64,000 nucleotides of DNA from an uncultured Clostridium sp. (lineage in GTDB: Bacteria > Bacillota > Clostridia > TANB77 > CAG-508): positions 17,186 through 81,185 of the forward strand of contig CAMBEE010000005.1 of assembly GCA_945865665.1 (NCBI GenBank), given 5' to 3'. Both the position numbers and the translations under genes were made by a program. Below, one piece after another: positions 29,996 to 41,260 of this stretch. The first letter of the stretch is position 1. The number at the start of each line of letters is the position of its first letter. Below the pieces are notes generated by a model, which was not told the DNA's origin, made no database searches, and saw only the letters and a list, made by a program, of their open reading frames with translations.

Positions 29996-31684
29996 CTACT
30001 TAGTATCTAGTATCCTTTTAACATCTTCTGCTGAATTCAATTGTAAGACCTTCTTTGCAAGTTGTTTACACTCTTCAAAACTCAAATCAGTTATTAACTT
30101 TCTAGCCTTCAAGATCTTATTAGCATTCATAGAAAACTCATCAAGTCCAAGACCCACAAGCAAAGGAATAAACTTAACATCACCAGCCGCTTCTCCGCAC
30201 ATACCACATAAAATACCATTTTTATGAGCACCATCAATAGCAGATTTAATCAAGCGAATTACAGCAGGATTAAAATGAGAATATAAATTTGCAAGTTTCT
30301 CATTACCTCTCTCAACAGCAATAGTATATTGAATCAAATCATTTGTCCCTATACTAAAAAAATCACACTCTTTTGCAAACTCCTCAGCCATTACTGCAGA
30401 TGACGGAATTTCAATCATAATTCCAACTTCTATATTTTCATTAAATTTTATATTTTTTTCTTTTAACTCTTGTTTTACTTCTTCAATAATTTCCTTTGAT
30501 TTTCGTAATTCTTCAATTGACGAAATCATTGGAAGCATTATTGCAACATTTCCATAACTACTTGCTCTCAAAATAGCCCTTAACTGAACCTTAAATAAAT
30601 CAAAATTATCTAGATAAATTCTAATAGCTCTATAACCTAAAAATGGATTTTCTTCCTTTGGTAGTTTCATATATTTTAAGTCTTTATCTCCACCAATATC
30701 TAATGTCCTTATAACAAGTCTTTTATTTTCTAAACTTTCTGCAATTTTTTTGTATGCCTCAAATTGTTCTTCTTCTGATGGAAAATCTTTTGCATCCATA
30801 TACAAAAACTCACTTCTTAGAAGCCCTACACCTTCTGCCGTATTATCAATTACAATTTGAATATCTTGTGGACCACCAATATTTGCTAAAAGTTCAACCT
30901 GATGTCCATCTTTTGTTATTGCTTTTTTATTTTTATATTTTTCTAATTCTTGTTTTTCTTGTTTTATATTCTCTTGATTTTTTGTTAATTCTTTGATTTT
31001 CTCTTGTGTTGGATTTAAAAATATTTCTCCTGTTGCCCCATTTAATGCAATAAAATCATTTTCTTTTATATTTTCAAAAATATGCCTTATACCAACAATT
31101 GCAGGAATTTCATTAGTTCTTGCAATTATAGCCATATGAGAATTGACACCACCAATTTCTGTAATAATTCCGGAGATGTTTTTTAAGTTCATTTTAGCAC
31201 TGTCTGATGTTGATAATTCTTTTGCAACAAGTATTGTATTTTTAGGTAATTTTGATAAATCAATTTCTTCTATTTTTAATAATTTTGCTAATATTCTTTT
31301 TTTCATATCCTCTATATCTCTGCTTCGTGCAGCCATATATGGATCGTCCATCTCTTCAAATGTTTTTATTATTTGATTTAGTCCATTTTCTACTGCATAT
31401 GCACTATTGCATTTCTCTTGTTCAATTATTTTGATAGTTTCTTGAATCAAACTAGGGTCTTGCAATATCATTAAATATGCTTGCATTATTTGTTTTTCTG
31501 TTCCATCTATATTCTGGATTAATTTTTCTATTTCACTTTCCACTTCTTTTACTGCATCATATATTTGTTGTTTTTCTGCTGAAATATCTTCAATTTTTTG
31601 CTTTTCTATTTTTAATCCATTTTCTTTTAAAATTACTGCTTTTCCAAGTCCTATTCCCTCAGAAATACCTTTTCCAACAAGCAT
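29996..31684 (-). CDS. ptsI: phosphoenolpyruvate--protein phosphotransferase (PTS enzyme I)
   Basis: EI N-domain, phospho-His region, PEP-utilising C-domain (GGPQ..., CGMCGE). Start placed at MLVGKG with RBS AAGAAGG. Confidence 0.9.
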   Translation of the reverse strand: MLVGKGISEGIGLGKAVILKENGLKIEKQKIEDISAEKQQIYDAVKEVESEIEKLIQNIDGTEKQIMQAYLMILQDPSLIQETIKIIEQEKCNSAYAVENGLNQIIKTFEEMDDPYMAARSRDIEDMKKRILAKLLKIEEIDLSKLPKNTILVAKELSTSDSAKMNLKNISGIITEIGGVNSHMAIIARTNEIPAIVGIRHIFENIKENDFIALNGATGEIFLNPTQEKIKELTKNQENIKQEKQELEKYKNKKAITKDGHQVELLANIGGPQDIQIVIDNTAEGVGLLRSEFLYMDAKDFPSEEEQFEAYKKIAESLENKRLVIRTLDIGGDKDLKYMKLPKEENPFLGYRAIRIYLDNFDLFKVQLRAILRASSYGNVAIMLPMISSIEELRKSKEIIEEVKQELKEKNIKFNENIEVGIMIEIPSSAVMAEEFAKECDFFSIGTNDLIQYTIAVERGNEKLANLYSHFNPAVIRLIKSAIDGAHKNGILCGMCGEAAGDVKFIPLLVGLGLDEFSMNANKILKARKLITDLSFEECKQLAKKVLQLNSAEDVKRILDTK

Positions 31685-31798
31685 ACAATTACCTTCTTTC
31701 AAGTATTTTTTAATTTATAATATTCAACAAATTTGAAAATATATTGTTTTGAAATACCGCGTAAGCGACCAAACGAACAAGTGTGAGTGCGAACTGGA

Positions 31799-32053
31799 TT
31801 ATAAACTACATAAAAAATTTTTAACATCCTCTAACGCCAAATCTTCATTTTCTCCATCACAAATAATTTCCAACTCCGTCTTATACTTTATACCAGCAGA
31901 CATAATCATAAGAGGAGACCTAGCATCAATTAACTTACCATTAACAATTAGATTAATAGTACATTTATACTTCATCGCAAGTTTTGCAAGTTCAGTTGCA
32001 GGTCTTGCATGAAGACCTGTCTCATTTTCAATAACAACATTTGCTTTTTTCAA
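31799..32053 (-). CDS. ptsH: phosphocarrier protein HPr
   Basis: GLHARPAT (His15 site) and a Ser46-type region. Confidence 0.85.
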   Translation of the reverse strand: MKKANVVIENETGLHARPATELAKLAMKYKCTINLIVNGKLIDARSPLMIMSAGIKYKTELEIICDGENEDLALEDVKNFLCSL

Positions 32054-32096
32054 CTTTTATCCTCCTTAATTTGATAATCCTATTGAAAATTAATTA

Positions 32097-34097
32097 TTAT
32101 TTTTCAATCGAATCCTCCCAAACATTCTTCTTCCAAACAGCCATAATACCCATAGCCACAAATGAACCAGCAGCAAGAGCTACAACATACCAAGGCCAAT
32201 TACCAATTAAAGGTAATACAAATATTCCACCATGAGGAGCCATTAAAGTACAGTTAAATGCCATTGATAATGCACCTGAAACAGCTGAACCAATTACGCA
32301 AGAAACCAAAACACGAAGTGGGTCTGATGATGCAAAAGGTATTGCTCCCTCTGATATAAATGAAAGTCCCATAACATAATTTAATAAACCTGCTTGCCTT
32401 TCCTTTTTAGGTAATTTTTTAGGGAAGAATGTTGCTAAAAGTGCTATTGCAAGTGGTGCTACCATTCCACCAATCATAACTGCTGCCATTATTTCGTAAT
32501 GTCCTTCTGCTAACATTCCTGTTCCAAAGGTATATGCCGCTTTGTTTACAGGTCCGCCTAAGTCAACAGACATCATACCTGCAAGAATTGCTCCTAAAAT
32601 TACTTTGTTAACTTCACTCATTGATGATAAGAAATTATTTAAACCTGTATTTATTGCTGATACAAATGGATTTATCAATAACATTATTAGTCCAATTAAC
32701 AATACACCTGCAACCGGATAAATCAAAATTGTTCTTATTCCCTCTAAGCTTTTTGGCATAAAACTAAATAATTTTTTCAAAAATAAAACTACATATCCAC
32801 CTATAAAACCTGCAAGTAATGCTCCTAAAAATCCTGAACTTACTAACACTTCTTCTGGATTTCCAAGTGATGTAAATGTTGTTCCTGCTTTGCTTATTGC
32901 TCCACCAACAAATCCAACTACAAGCCCTGGTCTATCTGCAATACTCATTGCTATATATCCTGATAAAATGACTAGCATAAAGTCAAATGCCATTCCACCG
33001 ATTGTTTTGAAAAATGCTGCAACTGGTGTATTCATACCAAAATTTGATGGGTTAATTGAATAGTCATCTAATAAAAATGCTATTGCAATTAAGATTCCTC
33101 CACCAACAACAAATGGCAACATATGTGTTACACCATTCATTAAATGATTGTATATATTTCCTTTTGGCTTTTCCATTTCTATATTTTCTCTTTTATTTCC
33201 CTGATGATGATAAACTGGAACATCGCTTTCAGAATTTAATACTTTTTCTATTAATTCTTTTGGCTTATGAATTCCCTCTGATACGCCTGTTCTTAAAATT
33301 CTTTTTCCATCAAACCTTGATAAATCAACTTTTACATCTGCTGCTATGATTATTGCTTTTGCATTTTTGATTTCTTCATCTGTAAGTTTATTTTTTGTTC
33401 CTGATTGTCCTTGTGTTTCTATTTTTATTGGATGTCCTAATTCTTTTCCCATTTGTTCCAAACTTTCTGCAGCCATATACGTATGGGCTATTCCTGTTGG
33501 ACATGCTGTAATTCCTAATAATTCATAATTATTGTTAGATTTATTCATTGATTTGTTTTCATCATTTTTTAATTTATTGTTTTCATTTAAATTATAATTT
33601 GTATTATTTGATGTTTCTTCATTGATTTTTTGTTCATCTGCCTTATCTATTATTTCTAAAAATTCTTCTTTTGTTTTTGCATTTAACAAATCATTTTTAA
33701 ATTTTTCATTCATTAACAAAGCTGATAAACGACTTAAAACTTCAAGATGAAGATTATCTTTACTATTTGGTGCTGCTATTAAAAATAGTAATTTTACAGG
33801 TTTGCCATCTAATGAATTAAAGTCAACTCCATCTGGTATTACCATTGCAGCAAGTCCTGGTTTTGAGATAACATCACCTTTTCCATGTGGTATTGCAATA
33901 CCTTCTCCTACACCTGTTGAGCCTTCTTCTTCTCTTTTGATTACTAATTCTAAATATTTTTGCTTGTCTTTAATATTTCCATTGTGTTCCATCAATTTAA
34001 CTGCTTTTTCTATCACTTCTTTTTTACTTGAGGCTTTTACATTTAAGTCGATTGATTCTTTTTTGAGTAAGTCAGTAATTTTCATTTTTAATACCAT
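32097..34097 (-). CDS. fruA: PTS fructose-specific IIA-IIB-IIC component
   Basis: N-terminal IIA(Fru), Asn/Lys-rich linker, IIB with GITACPTGIAHTYMA cysteine site, C-terminal IIC permease. Confidence 0.9.
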   Translation of the reverse strand: MVLKMKITDLLKKESIDLNVKASSKKEVIEKAVKLMEHNGNIKDKQKYLELVIKREEEGSTGVGEGIAIPHGKGDVISKPGLAAMVIPDGVDFNSLDGKPVKLLFLIAAPNSKDNLHLEVLSRLSALLMNEKFKNDLLNAKTKEEFLEIIDKADEQKINEETSNNTNYNLNENNKLKNDENKSMNKSNNNYELLGITACPTGIAHTYMAAESLEQMGKELGHPIKIETQGQSGTKNKLTDEEIKNAKAIIIAADVKVDLSRFDGKRILRTGVSEGIHKPKELIEKVLNSESDVPVYHHQGNKRENIEMEKPKGNIYNHLMNGVTHMLPFVVGGGILIAIAFLLDDYSINPSNFGMNTPVAAFFKTIGGMAFDFMLVILSGYIAMSIADRPGLVVGFVGGAISKAGTTFTSLGNPEEVLVSSGFLGALLAGFIGGYVVLFLKKLFSFMPKSLEGIRTILIYPVAGVLLIGLIMLLINPFVSAINTGLNNFLSSMSEVNKVILGAILAGMMSVDLGGPVNKAAYTFGTGMLAEGHYEIMAAVMIGGMVAPLAIALLATFFPKKLPKKERQAGLLNYVMGLSFISEGAIPFASSDPLRVLVSCVIGSAVSGALSMAFNCTLMAPHGGIFVLPLIGNWPWYVVALAAGSFVAMGIMAVWKKNVWEDSIEK

Positions 34098-34114
34098 TCC
34101 TCTCTTAATAAAAA

Positions 34115-35026
34115 TTATCTAAATTTATTTAAAACATCTTCAATTTTATCTTTTGTCGCCAAGAACAGAGTGTTTGTCGTTGCTGTTGCTGCTGCAACCC
34201 CCATTTGAAGTGCCTTTTCATAATTATTAAATTGTTCATGTCCTGCTAAAAATCCTGCAACCATTGAATCTCCTGCACCAACTGTGTTTATCGCTTCTTC
34301 TGCATTTAGTGCGTTAATTTTATATGAATATCCATTTTCGTCTAAAAGTACAGCTCCATCACTTCCCATTGAAACAATAACATTTTGAGCGCCTTTTGAC
34401 TGTAACTGTTCAGCATACTCTAGCGCCTCATCTTGGTTTAATATTTTGACGCCGAAAATTTCTTCTAATTCTTCTTGATTTGGCTTTATTAAATATGGCT
34501 TGTATTTCAATGTTTTAAGTAGCAAATCACCTGTTGAATCAACTACAATTTTTATGTTTTTATGTTCTAGTTTTTTACAAACTTCTTCATAAATACTGTT
34601 TGATACGCCATTTGGCACACTTCCTGATAGCACTAAAATATCTTCATCTTCTATTATTTCCAATTTTTTGTATAATAATTCAAGATATTTTGAATCAATA
34701 TATGGACCTTTTGCATTTATTGCTGTTTCTCGATTTTCTTCTAATATTTTTACATTTATTCTGGAATTATTATTTTCGATTTCTATGAAATCAGTCTTAA
34801 CTCCATATTTTTGTACTTGTTTTTCTATTTCATTTCCTACAAATCCCGCTATAAATCCCATTGCCGTTGTTTCTTGCCCTAATGTTTTTAGTACTATTGA
34901 TACATTTATTCCTTTTCCTCCTGGAAATATATATTCTTCTTGGCTTTTATTTATCTTTCCTGTATTAAATTCTTTTGATTTTATTACATAGTCTAATGCT
35001 GGATTGAATGTTATTGTGTATATCAT
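34115..35026 (-). CDS. fruK: 1-phosphofructokinase
   Basis: MIYTITFNPALDY start with RBS AAAAGGAGG; PfkB ribokinase-family motifs (GGKGINV, DTVGAGD). The track ORF is extended 55 codons upstream of the real start. Confidence 0.9.
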   Translation of the reverse strand: MIYTITFNPALDYVIKSKEFNTGKINKSQEEYIFPGGKGINVSIVLKTLGQETTAMGFIAGFVGNEIEKQVQKYGVKTDFIEIENNNSRINVKILEENRETAINAKGPYIDSKYLELLYKKLEIIEDEDILVLSGSVPNGVSNSIYEEVCKKLEHKNIKIVVDSTGDLLLKTLKYKPYLIKPNQEELEEIFGVKILNQDEALEYAEQLQSKGAQNVIVSMGSDGAVLLDENGYSYKINALNAEEAINTVGAGDSMVAGFLAGHEQFNNYEKALQMGVAAATATTNTLFLATKDKIEDVLNKFR

Positions 35027-35040
35027 TTTTCCTCCTTTTG

Positions 35041-35070
35041 AGACACATGGGACAGTTTGATTTTGTCTCA
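35041..35070 (-). repeat. Family-2 hairpin repeat abutting the fruK RBS
   Basis: Coding strand: TGAGACAAAATCAAACTGTCCCATGTGTCTCA then AAAAGGAGG-N5-ATG. Confidence 0.7.
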
Positions 35071-35427
35071 TTCTTTTGTCGAATCTTGTCATTTTGTTAT
35101 TTGCTTTATTTTTCTTTTGTTTTAAATATTTCCCAAAAGCAAAAAGAATATTCATTTCTGAATATTCTTTTACATAATTTAAGTTTTTCAACCCAACTAT
35201 TGACTTTCAGCCACTATTATATCATATCACAGCTAAAACAAAAATCTCCAGTTCTTTTAAATAAGAACTGAAGATTTAATGGTGCCAACGAAGTAGTTAT
35301 CTACAACTTTTTTGGCTCTCATAACGATTGATTCAAAAATCAATCAATTTATTAAAGTATATCATATTTTCTATAAATTGCAATAAATTTCTTCAAAAAA
35401 ATTGCCACGAAATTTTGTTCTTAAGTA

Positions 35428-35456
35428 TTGATTTTTATTATTTCCTATGCTATACT
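35428..35456 (+). promoter_or_regulatory. sigma-A-type promoter for the small hydrophobic-peptide transcript
   Basis: TTGATT-17-TGcTATACT (extended -10). Confidence 0.55.
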
Positions 35457-35539
35457 GTCTAACATAGGAAATGAGAATAAACAGATGTGGTTTGCCACTT
35501 TTAATCCACAACTTATGTTGTGAGTGAGGAGGTGGTACT

Positions 35540-35650
35540 ATGATAGAAGCTGTTTTATTAGAAATAATATACTTACTTTTATTTGGTTTAGTTGTCGAAA
35601 CTATTATAGTATTTGCCTTAGTTATACTAGTTATAATTTTAAGCAAATAG
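35540..35650 (+). CDS. 36-aa hydrophobic peptide, candidate type I toxin (MIEAVLLEIIYLLLFGLVVETIIVFALVILVIILSK)
   Basis: Perfect RBS GAGGAGG 8 nt upstream; a single TM helix. Not in the track because it is under 60 aa. Confidence 0.4.
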   Translation: MIEAVLLEIIYLLLFGLVVETIIVFALVILVIILSK

Positions 35651-35654
35651 ACAA

Positions 35655-35698
35655 TAAAAAAACACATCTGTAATTTGACCGTTGTAGATGTGTTTTTA
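35655..35698. terminator. bidirectional rho-independent terminator shared by the convergent peptide mRNA and an antisense RNA
   Basis: A7-ACACATCT-loop16-AGATGTGT-T5. Confidence 0.7.
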
Positions 35699-35746
35699 CA
35701 TATTTTATCGGCAAACCACGTTTGTGGCTCTTCATTTCCTATATTT

Positions 35747-35775
35747 ATTATACAAAGATTTTATTGTTTTGTCAA
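35747..35775 (-). promoter_or_regulatory. consensus sigma-A promoter driving a ~75-nt antisense RNA toward the shared terminator
   Basis: Minus strand TTGACA-17-TATAAT, a perfect consensus. Confidence 0.55.
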
Positions 35776-35908
35776 TTGTTTTAAAAAGTTTTTCTAAATT
35801 GCTTCAATTGGTGATATTCCCAAATTGAGATGTTTATCATTTTAAACAAGAAATCGAAGTGAGCAAGATTATCTTGCCCACTTCTTCAATATTCAGTTGT
35901 AATGTCGT

Positions 35909-36391
35909 TTAGAAGATATCGCCCATATCGCCCATATAAGCATCCACTCCATTTTCAATAAGAGCCATATTAAGATTCCAGCCATCATCAACAATCTTAT
36001 TGTATCTTGCCAGAATTTCATCAGGACTCATCGTTGTATCTTCTTTGATGGTTGCTTTAGCATATCCTTCAGCTTTTCCGAAAGTAAAGAAACCTCTGAA
36101 CATAGGACTAAATGCAGTCCAACAGCCATCTCTTTCCAAATTCGGAAAGCAATAAAGAAGAGGTGAAAGCTCACGTTCTGTGGACATCTTCAGATATACC
36201 AGGTTATTGTTGGACTCATCATATTTGCCATGAATGTATCTTTCAGAATCATAGCGAGATGAATACTGTTCCTCCATATACCCCTTAATCTGCCCAGACT
36301 CTTCAAGTACAAAGTACCCCTTAAAGTCCGCGGGTAATTCGCTATACCGACCATTTTGCTGGAACTTCCCCTCAATGCTGAATACTTTCAT
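35909..36391 (-). CDS. hypothetical protein (160 aa), horizontally acquired cargo
   Basis: About 40% GC against a ~27% background; own promoter TTGAAA-17-TGgTATGAT and RBS GGAGG; no recognisable motif. Confidence 0.5.
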   Translation of the reverse strand: MKVFSIEGKFQQNGRYSELPADFKGYFVLEESGQIKGYMEEQYSSRYDSERYIHGKYDESNNNLVYLKMSTERELSPLLYCFPNLERDGCWTAFSPMFRGFFTFGKAEGYAKATIKEDTTMSPDEILARYNKIVDDGWNLNMALIENGVDAYMGDMGDIF

Positions 36392-36525
36392 ATTGTTTCC
36401 TCCTTACAATTGTAATATGGGATTTTACAACTTGCTATTTTTGTTTATTTCGCATAGCTACGAATATTTTACTTTAATATCATACCATATTTTACATAAA
36501 ATTTCAACTGAATTTCTCAAATTTA

Positions 36526-36831
36526 TTATGCCTTATAATTTACACTATTAAATAAATACAAAGCAACCTTATTTCTTTCAGTTTCAGTCATTTCCATAAT
36601 CTTAGCCATTGTAGACATTACAAGTTGATATTTTGCAAAATTTATTAAAGTAGTTCTATATTCTTCATCACCTTCTTTTAGCATAGTATCAAATTTCTCA
36701 TACATTTCAGTTTTATTGTATAAAATATTAGCCCAATCGCTTGTAGATAAACATATTCCAAGTATTAATTTATCTTTTATATCCATATCTTTAATTATAT
36801 TTATTACATTTTCAACTTTATTTTCTTCCAT
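36526..36831 (-). CDS. hypothetical protein (101 aa)
   Basis: Open ORF immediately downstream of the relaxase on the same strand. Confidence 0.4.
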   Translation of the reverse strand: MEENKVENVINIIKDMDIKDKLILGICLSTSDWANILYNKTEMYEKFDTMLKEGDEEYRTTLINFAKYQLVMSTMAKIMEMTETERNKVALYLFNSVNYKA

Positions 36832-36844
36832 AAATTTAGCTCCT

Positions 36845-38230
36845 TTACTTTAATTCCATATTATTTTTCTTTTTATTCTTATCAATTATTTCTTCTTTAG
36901 GTTTTACTTTTCTATAAATATTATTTGCAATTTCATTTTCATCATCAGTAAATATACCATTTTTATATAAATCATCACTAACAATTTTATAGTTCTCATT
37001 TTTATCAAAACAAATTCTTTTATGAAAATGTCCCATAATACTATGCCAAAAGTCTTTGAATTTCTGTAATTCTTGTTTTAATTTTTCTTTTTCAGCTTGT
37101 AGTCTATTTACAACCTTGTCTTTAGTTGTTAGTTTGCTTTTCAAGTTATCTATTTCATCTTCTTTTAGCTCTAATTGATATTTAAGTGAATGATTTTCTT
37201 TCGCTATTTTAAAAGAACTATACTCAAAATCTTTAATAGCCATATTTAAGTCATTTACACTTCTAATAGTTTTAGTGGTATCTTTTACATCTTTTGTAAA
37301 ACTTTTGATTTTTTCAATATCTTCGTTTGAAATAACCTTATTATTTTTATTAAATGGGGTAGGTTTTAAATTATCTAATATTGTACTTATATCTTTACTC
37401 GTATTATCAAGTTTTTTAGTTTGGCTATTAGCTTCAGCAAGTTTTTTCTCTTTCTTTTCCAGTTGCTTTTTTATATTTCTATAATTTCCCATATCATTAA
37501 CATTTATGTCTTGATTTCTGCCTTTTTGCTTTTCTTTTAATTTAAATTCTATATCATAGAACTTGTTAAAAGACTTAATACAAGCATTTCTCATTTTATC
37601 TTGAATTGCAGTTAATGACTCTTTTGTAAAAAGTTTTGTTTTACCAACTTGTTTTTTCATGCCTCTAGGAGAGTTCTCTATTATAGGTACTCCAACAATG
37701 TGCATGTGGGGAGAGGTTTCATCAAAATGAATTGTTGCATTTGCTATTTTAAAAGTTGGCACAATTTTAGCTAATTCCTTAACTTGTTCATTATACACAT
37801 CAATCATTTTTATTCTATATTCTTGCTCTTTACCGTTCCAAAAATCCATATCTCCAAGCTCTATTATAATTTCACAGGCTATATCATTTTGTGAGTCACA
37901 CACTTTTTCAAAATAGTTGTCTATTTTTCTATCATCTCTAGTCTGTTTATTATTATATTCAATACGAGCTTCTTCAAATTCTTGTAAATATAAATCTTGC
38001 ACATCATTTACAATATTATCTGTACCATAAATAACTCTAATCAAATCTCTTTGATTATCATAATCTCTTAAGTTGTGTTTATTAACTCTTGATAAATCAT
38101 TTGCATTTTGAATTGCATTATTTGATAGAGAAGTAGTACCAGATACATTTTCTTTAGAAACTTTCTTTGCTAATTTACTTTTATTCTTATCACTACCTAA
38201 ATGAAAAGAATATGCTAATTCTTGCTCCAA
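36845..38230 (-). CDS. plasmid recombination/mobilization relaxase, MobV (Mob_Pre) family
   Basis: N-terminal LAYSFHLG (catalytic Tyr), KHNLRD, and the HxDE..PHxH box (IHFDETSPHMHIV); long coiled-coil C-terminus. Likely TTG start after RBS AAGGAGGTG inside the track ORF. Confidence 0.8.
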   Translation of the reverse strand: MEQELAYSFHLGSDKNKSKLAKKVSKENVSGTTSLSNNAIQNANDLSRVNKHNLRDYDNQRDLIRVIYGTDNIVNDVQDLYLQEFEEARIEYNNKQTRDDRKIDNYFEKVCDSQNDIACEIIIELGDMDFWNGKEQEYRIKMIDVYNEQVKELAKIVPTFKIANATIHFDETSPHMHIVGVPIIENSPRGMKKQVGKTKLFTKESLTAIQDKMRNACIKSFNKFYDIEFKLKEKQKGRNQDINVNDMGNYRNIKKQLEKKEKKLAEANSQTKKLDNTSKDISTILDNLKPTPFNKNNKVISNEDIEKIKSFTKDVKDTTKTIRSVNDLNMAIKDFEYSSFKIAKENHSLKYQLELKEDEIDNLKSKLTTKDKVVNRLQAEKEKLKQELQKFKDFWHSIMGHFHKRICFDKNENYKIVSDDLYKNGIFTDDENEIANNIYRKVKPKEEIIDKNKKKNNMELK

Positions 38231-38428
38231 TGAAAACACCTCCTTGAAATTTCTTCGAAGCACAGGACTTTGACCTTGTCATAAGTCCTAACCCCCTATA
38301 TGTTATGACATACTATCATAACATGGGGGCTCTGCGAGGCAATAAAATTTATTTTTTGCAAATAAATTTTATTCAAATTAACTATCGCCACTTTCATTTT
38401 TGTTATCACAAAAACAAAACGTGCCACG

Positions 38429-40352
<1,924 letters not shown>

Positions 40353-40582
40353 TTTCAATTTGCATAACCTCCTAACTTCAAAAAAAGAGACATCAAAGTA
40401 CACACGAGTACTAATGACATCTCTTAAATCCGTTTATCACAAAATAAAATACAATATAATTGTAATATAATATAATTTTTTCAAAGTACTCGTAAATCTA
40501 TATTTGCTATTGCCCAAGAAAATATAGATAATTAATTGCCTATATTATATCACGATTTAAAGAAATGTCAATTTTTTACAAA

Positions 40583-40864
40583 TTATATTTTTTTCAAATA
40601 TTCTTCTAACTCTGATAATTTAATCTTTTTAGTCAAATTTGAAATATACACATCATTTGAATAATTAAAAACTAAAAAAGTAATATTTTTAATAATCACT
40701 CTATGTGGTTCAATGTATGTAAGATTAGTTTTCTCTAATTTTCTAACACTACCATTGATAAAAGTAGGATTAACTTTAGAAAACTCACATATAAATTCAA
40801 GTCGTTGTTTTAGACATTCCTCAAATTCTAATTCTTGCTTAATTATCTTCATTTCAAACACCAT
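40583..40864 (-). CDS. hypothetical protein (93 aa) upstream of the recombinase
   Basis: Open ORF with no recognised motif. Confidence 0.4.
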   Translation of the reverse strand: MVFEMKIIKQELEFEECLKQRLEFICEFSKVNPTFINGSVRKLEKTNLTYIEPHRVIIKNITFLVFNYSNDVYISNLTKKIKLSELEEYLKKI

Positions 40865-40974
40865 CCTTTCATTGTAATTTTAGGATGATTTTTTCGCAAA
40901 AGAAAAAAATCAACCATTTCTGATTGATTTTTGTATCTATCTGTTCTATAAAAAAGTTCGAACAGAAACGTCAT

Positions 40975-41062
40975 TGGTGCAGATGGCCGGAATCGAACCG
41001 GCACGGTTTATTCAACCGCAGGATTTTAAGTCCTGTGCGTCTACCAGTTCCGCCACATCTGC
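40975..41062 (-). tRNA. tRNA-Leu (anticodon UAA)
   Basis: Cloverleaf read by hand: 7-bp acceptor GCAGATG/CATCTGC, anticodon loop CTTAAAA, long variable arm, T-arm GGTTCGATTCC, encoded CCA. Confidence 0.9.
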
Positions 41063-41100
41063 ATTTAATATTTGAACTGGCTGTCCTAACGACAATTGAT

Positions 41101-41129
41101 ATTATAATATTATATAAAAAAATTGTCAA
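41101..41129 (-). promoter_or_regulatory. consensus promoter of tRNA-Leu
   Basis: Minus strand TTGACA-17-TATAAT about 30 nt upstream of the tRNA 5' end. Confidence 0.6.
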
Positions 41130-41260
41130 TACTTTTTTCAAAAAAACTTCAGAAATCTTCAAAAAATTTTTCAACCAGTAAAAAACAAATTATTTTAACC
41201 CATACTAAGTTGAAAATCTTCATAGATTATTTTGCAAAACAAAATAATCTATGAGAATTA

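Noticed and set aside
34115-35191. The 358-aa extended version of fruK, and the 41739-42203 ORF as a separate gene
   Set aside because: The fruK start is MIYTITF at 35026 with a perfect SD; the upstream extension runs through the family-2 hairpin. The 41739-42203 ORF is the frameshifted N-terminus of asnB (MCGFVGF...), not an independent gene.
35200-35440. A direct repeat of the tRNA-Leu 3' end at the left side of the element (tyrosine-integrase style attL/attR)
   Set aside because: No copy of the tRNA 3' segment (GGTTCGATTCCGGCCATCTGCACCA) was found near 35.2-35.9 kb. The recombinase is a serine type, so a short inverted-repeat boundary is proposed instead.
35371-35667. Minus-strand 98-aa ORF overlapping the small-peptide locus
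   Set aside because: It spans the promoter, the SD-equipped 36-aa ORF and the terminator hairpin of the plus-strand unit and has no RBS of its own, so it is judged spurious.
40924-41181. Two track ORFs (plus 85 aa, minus 67 aa) across 40924-41181
   Set aside because: They overlap the hand-folded tRNA-Leu(UAA) and its promoter.
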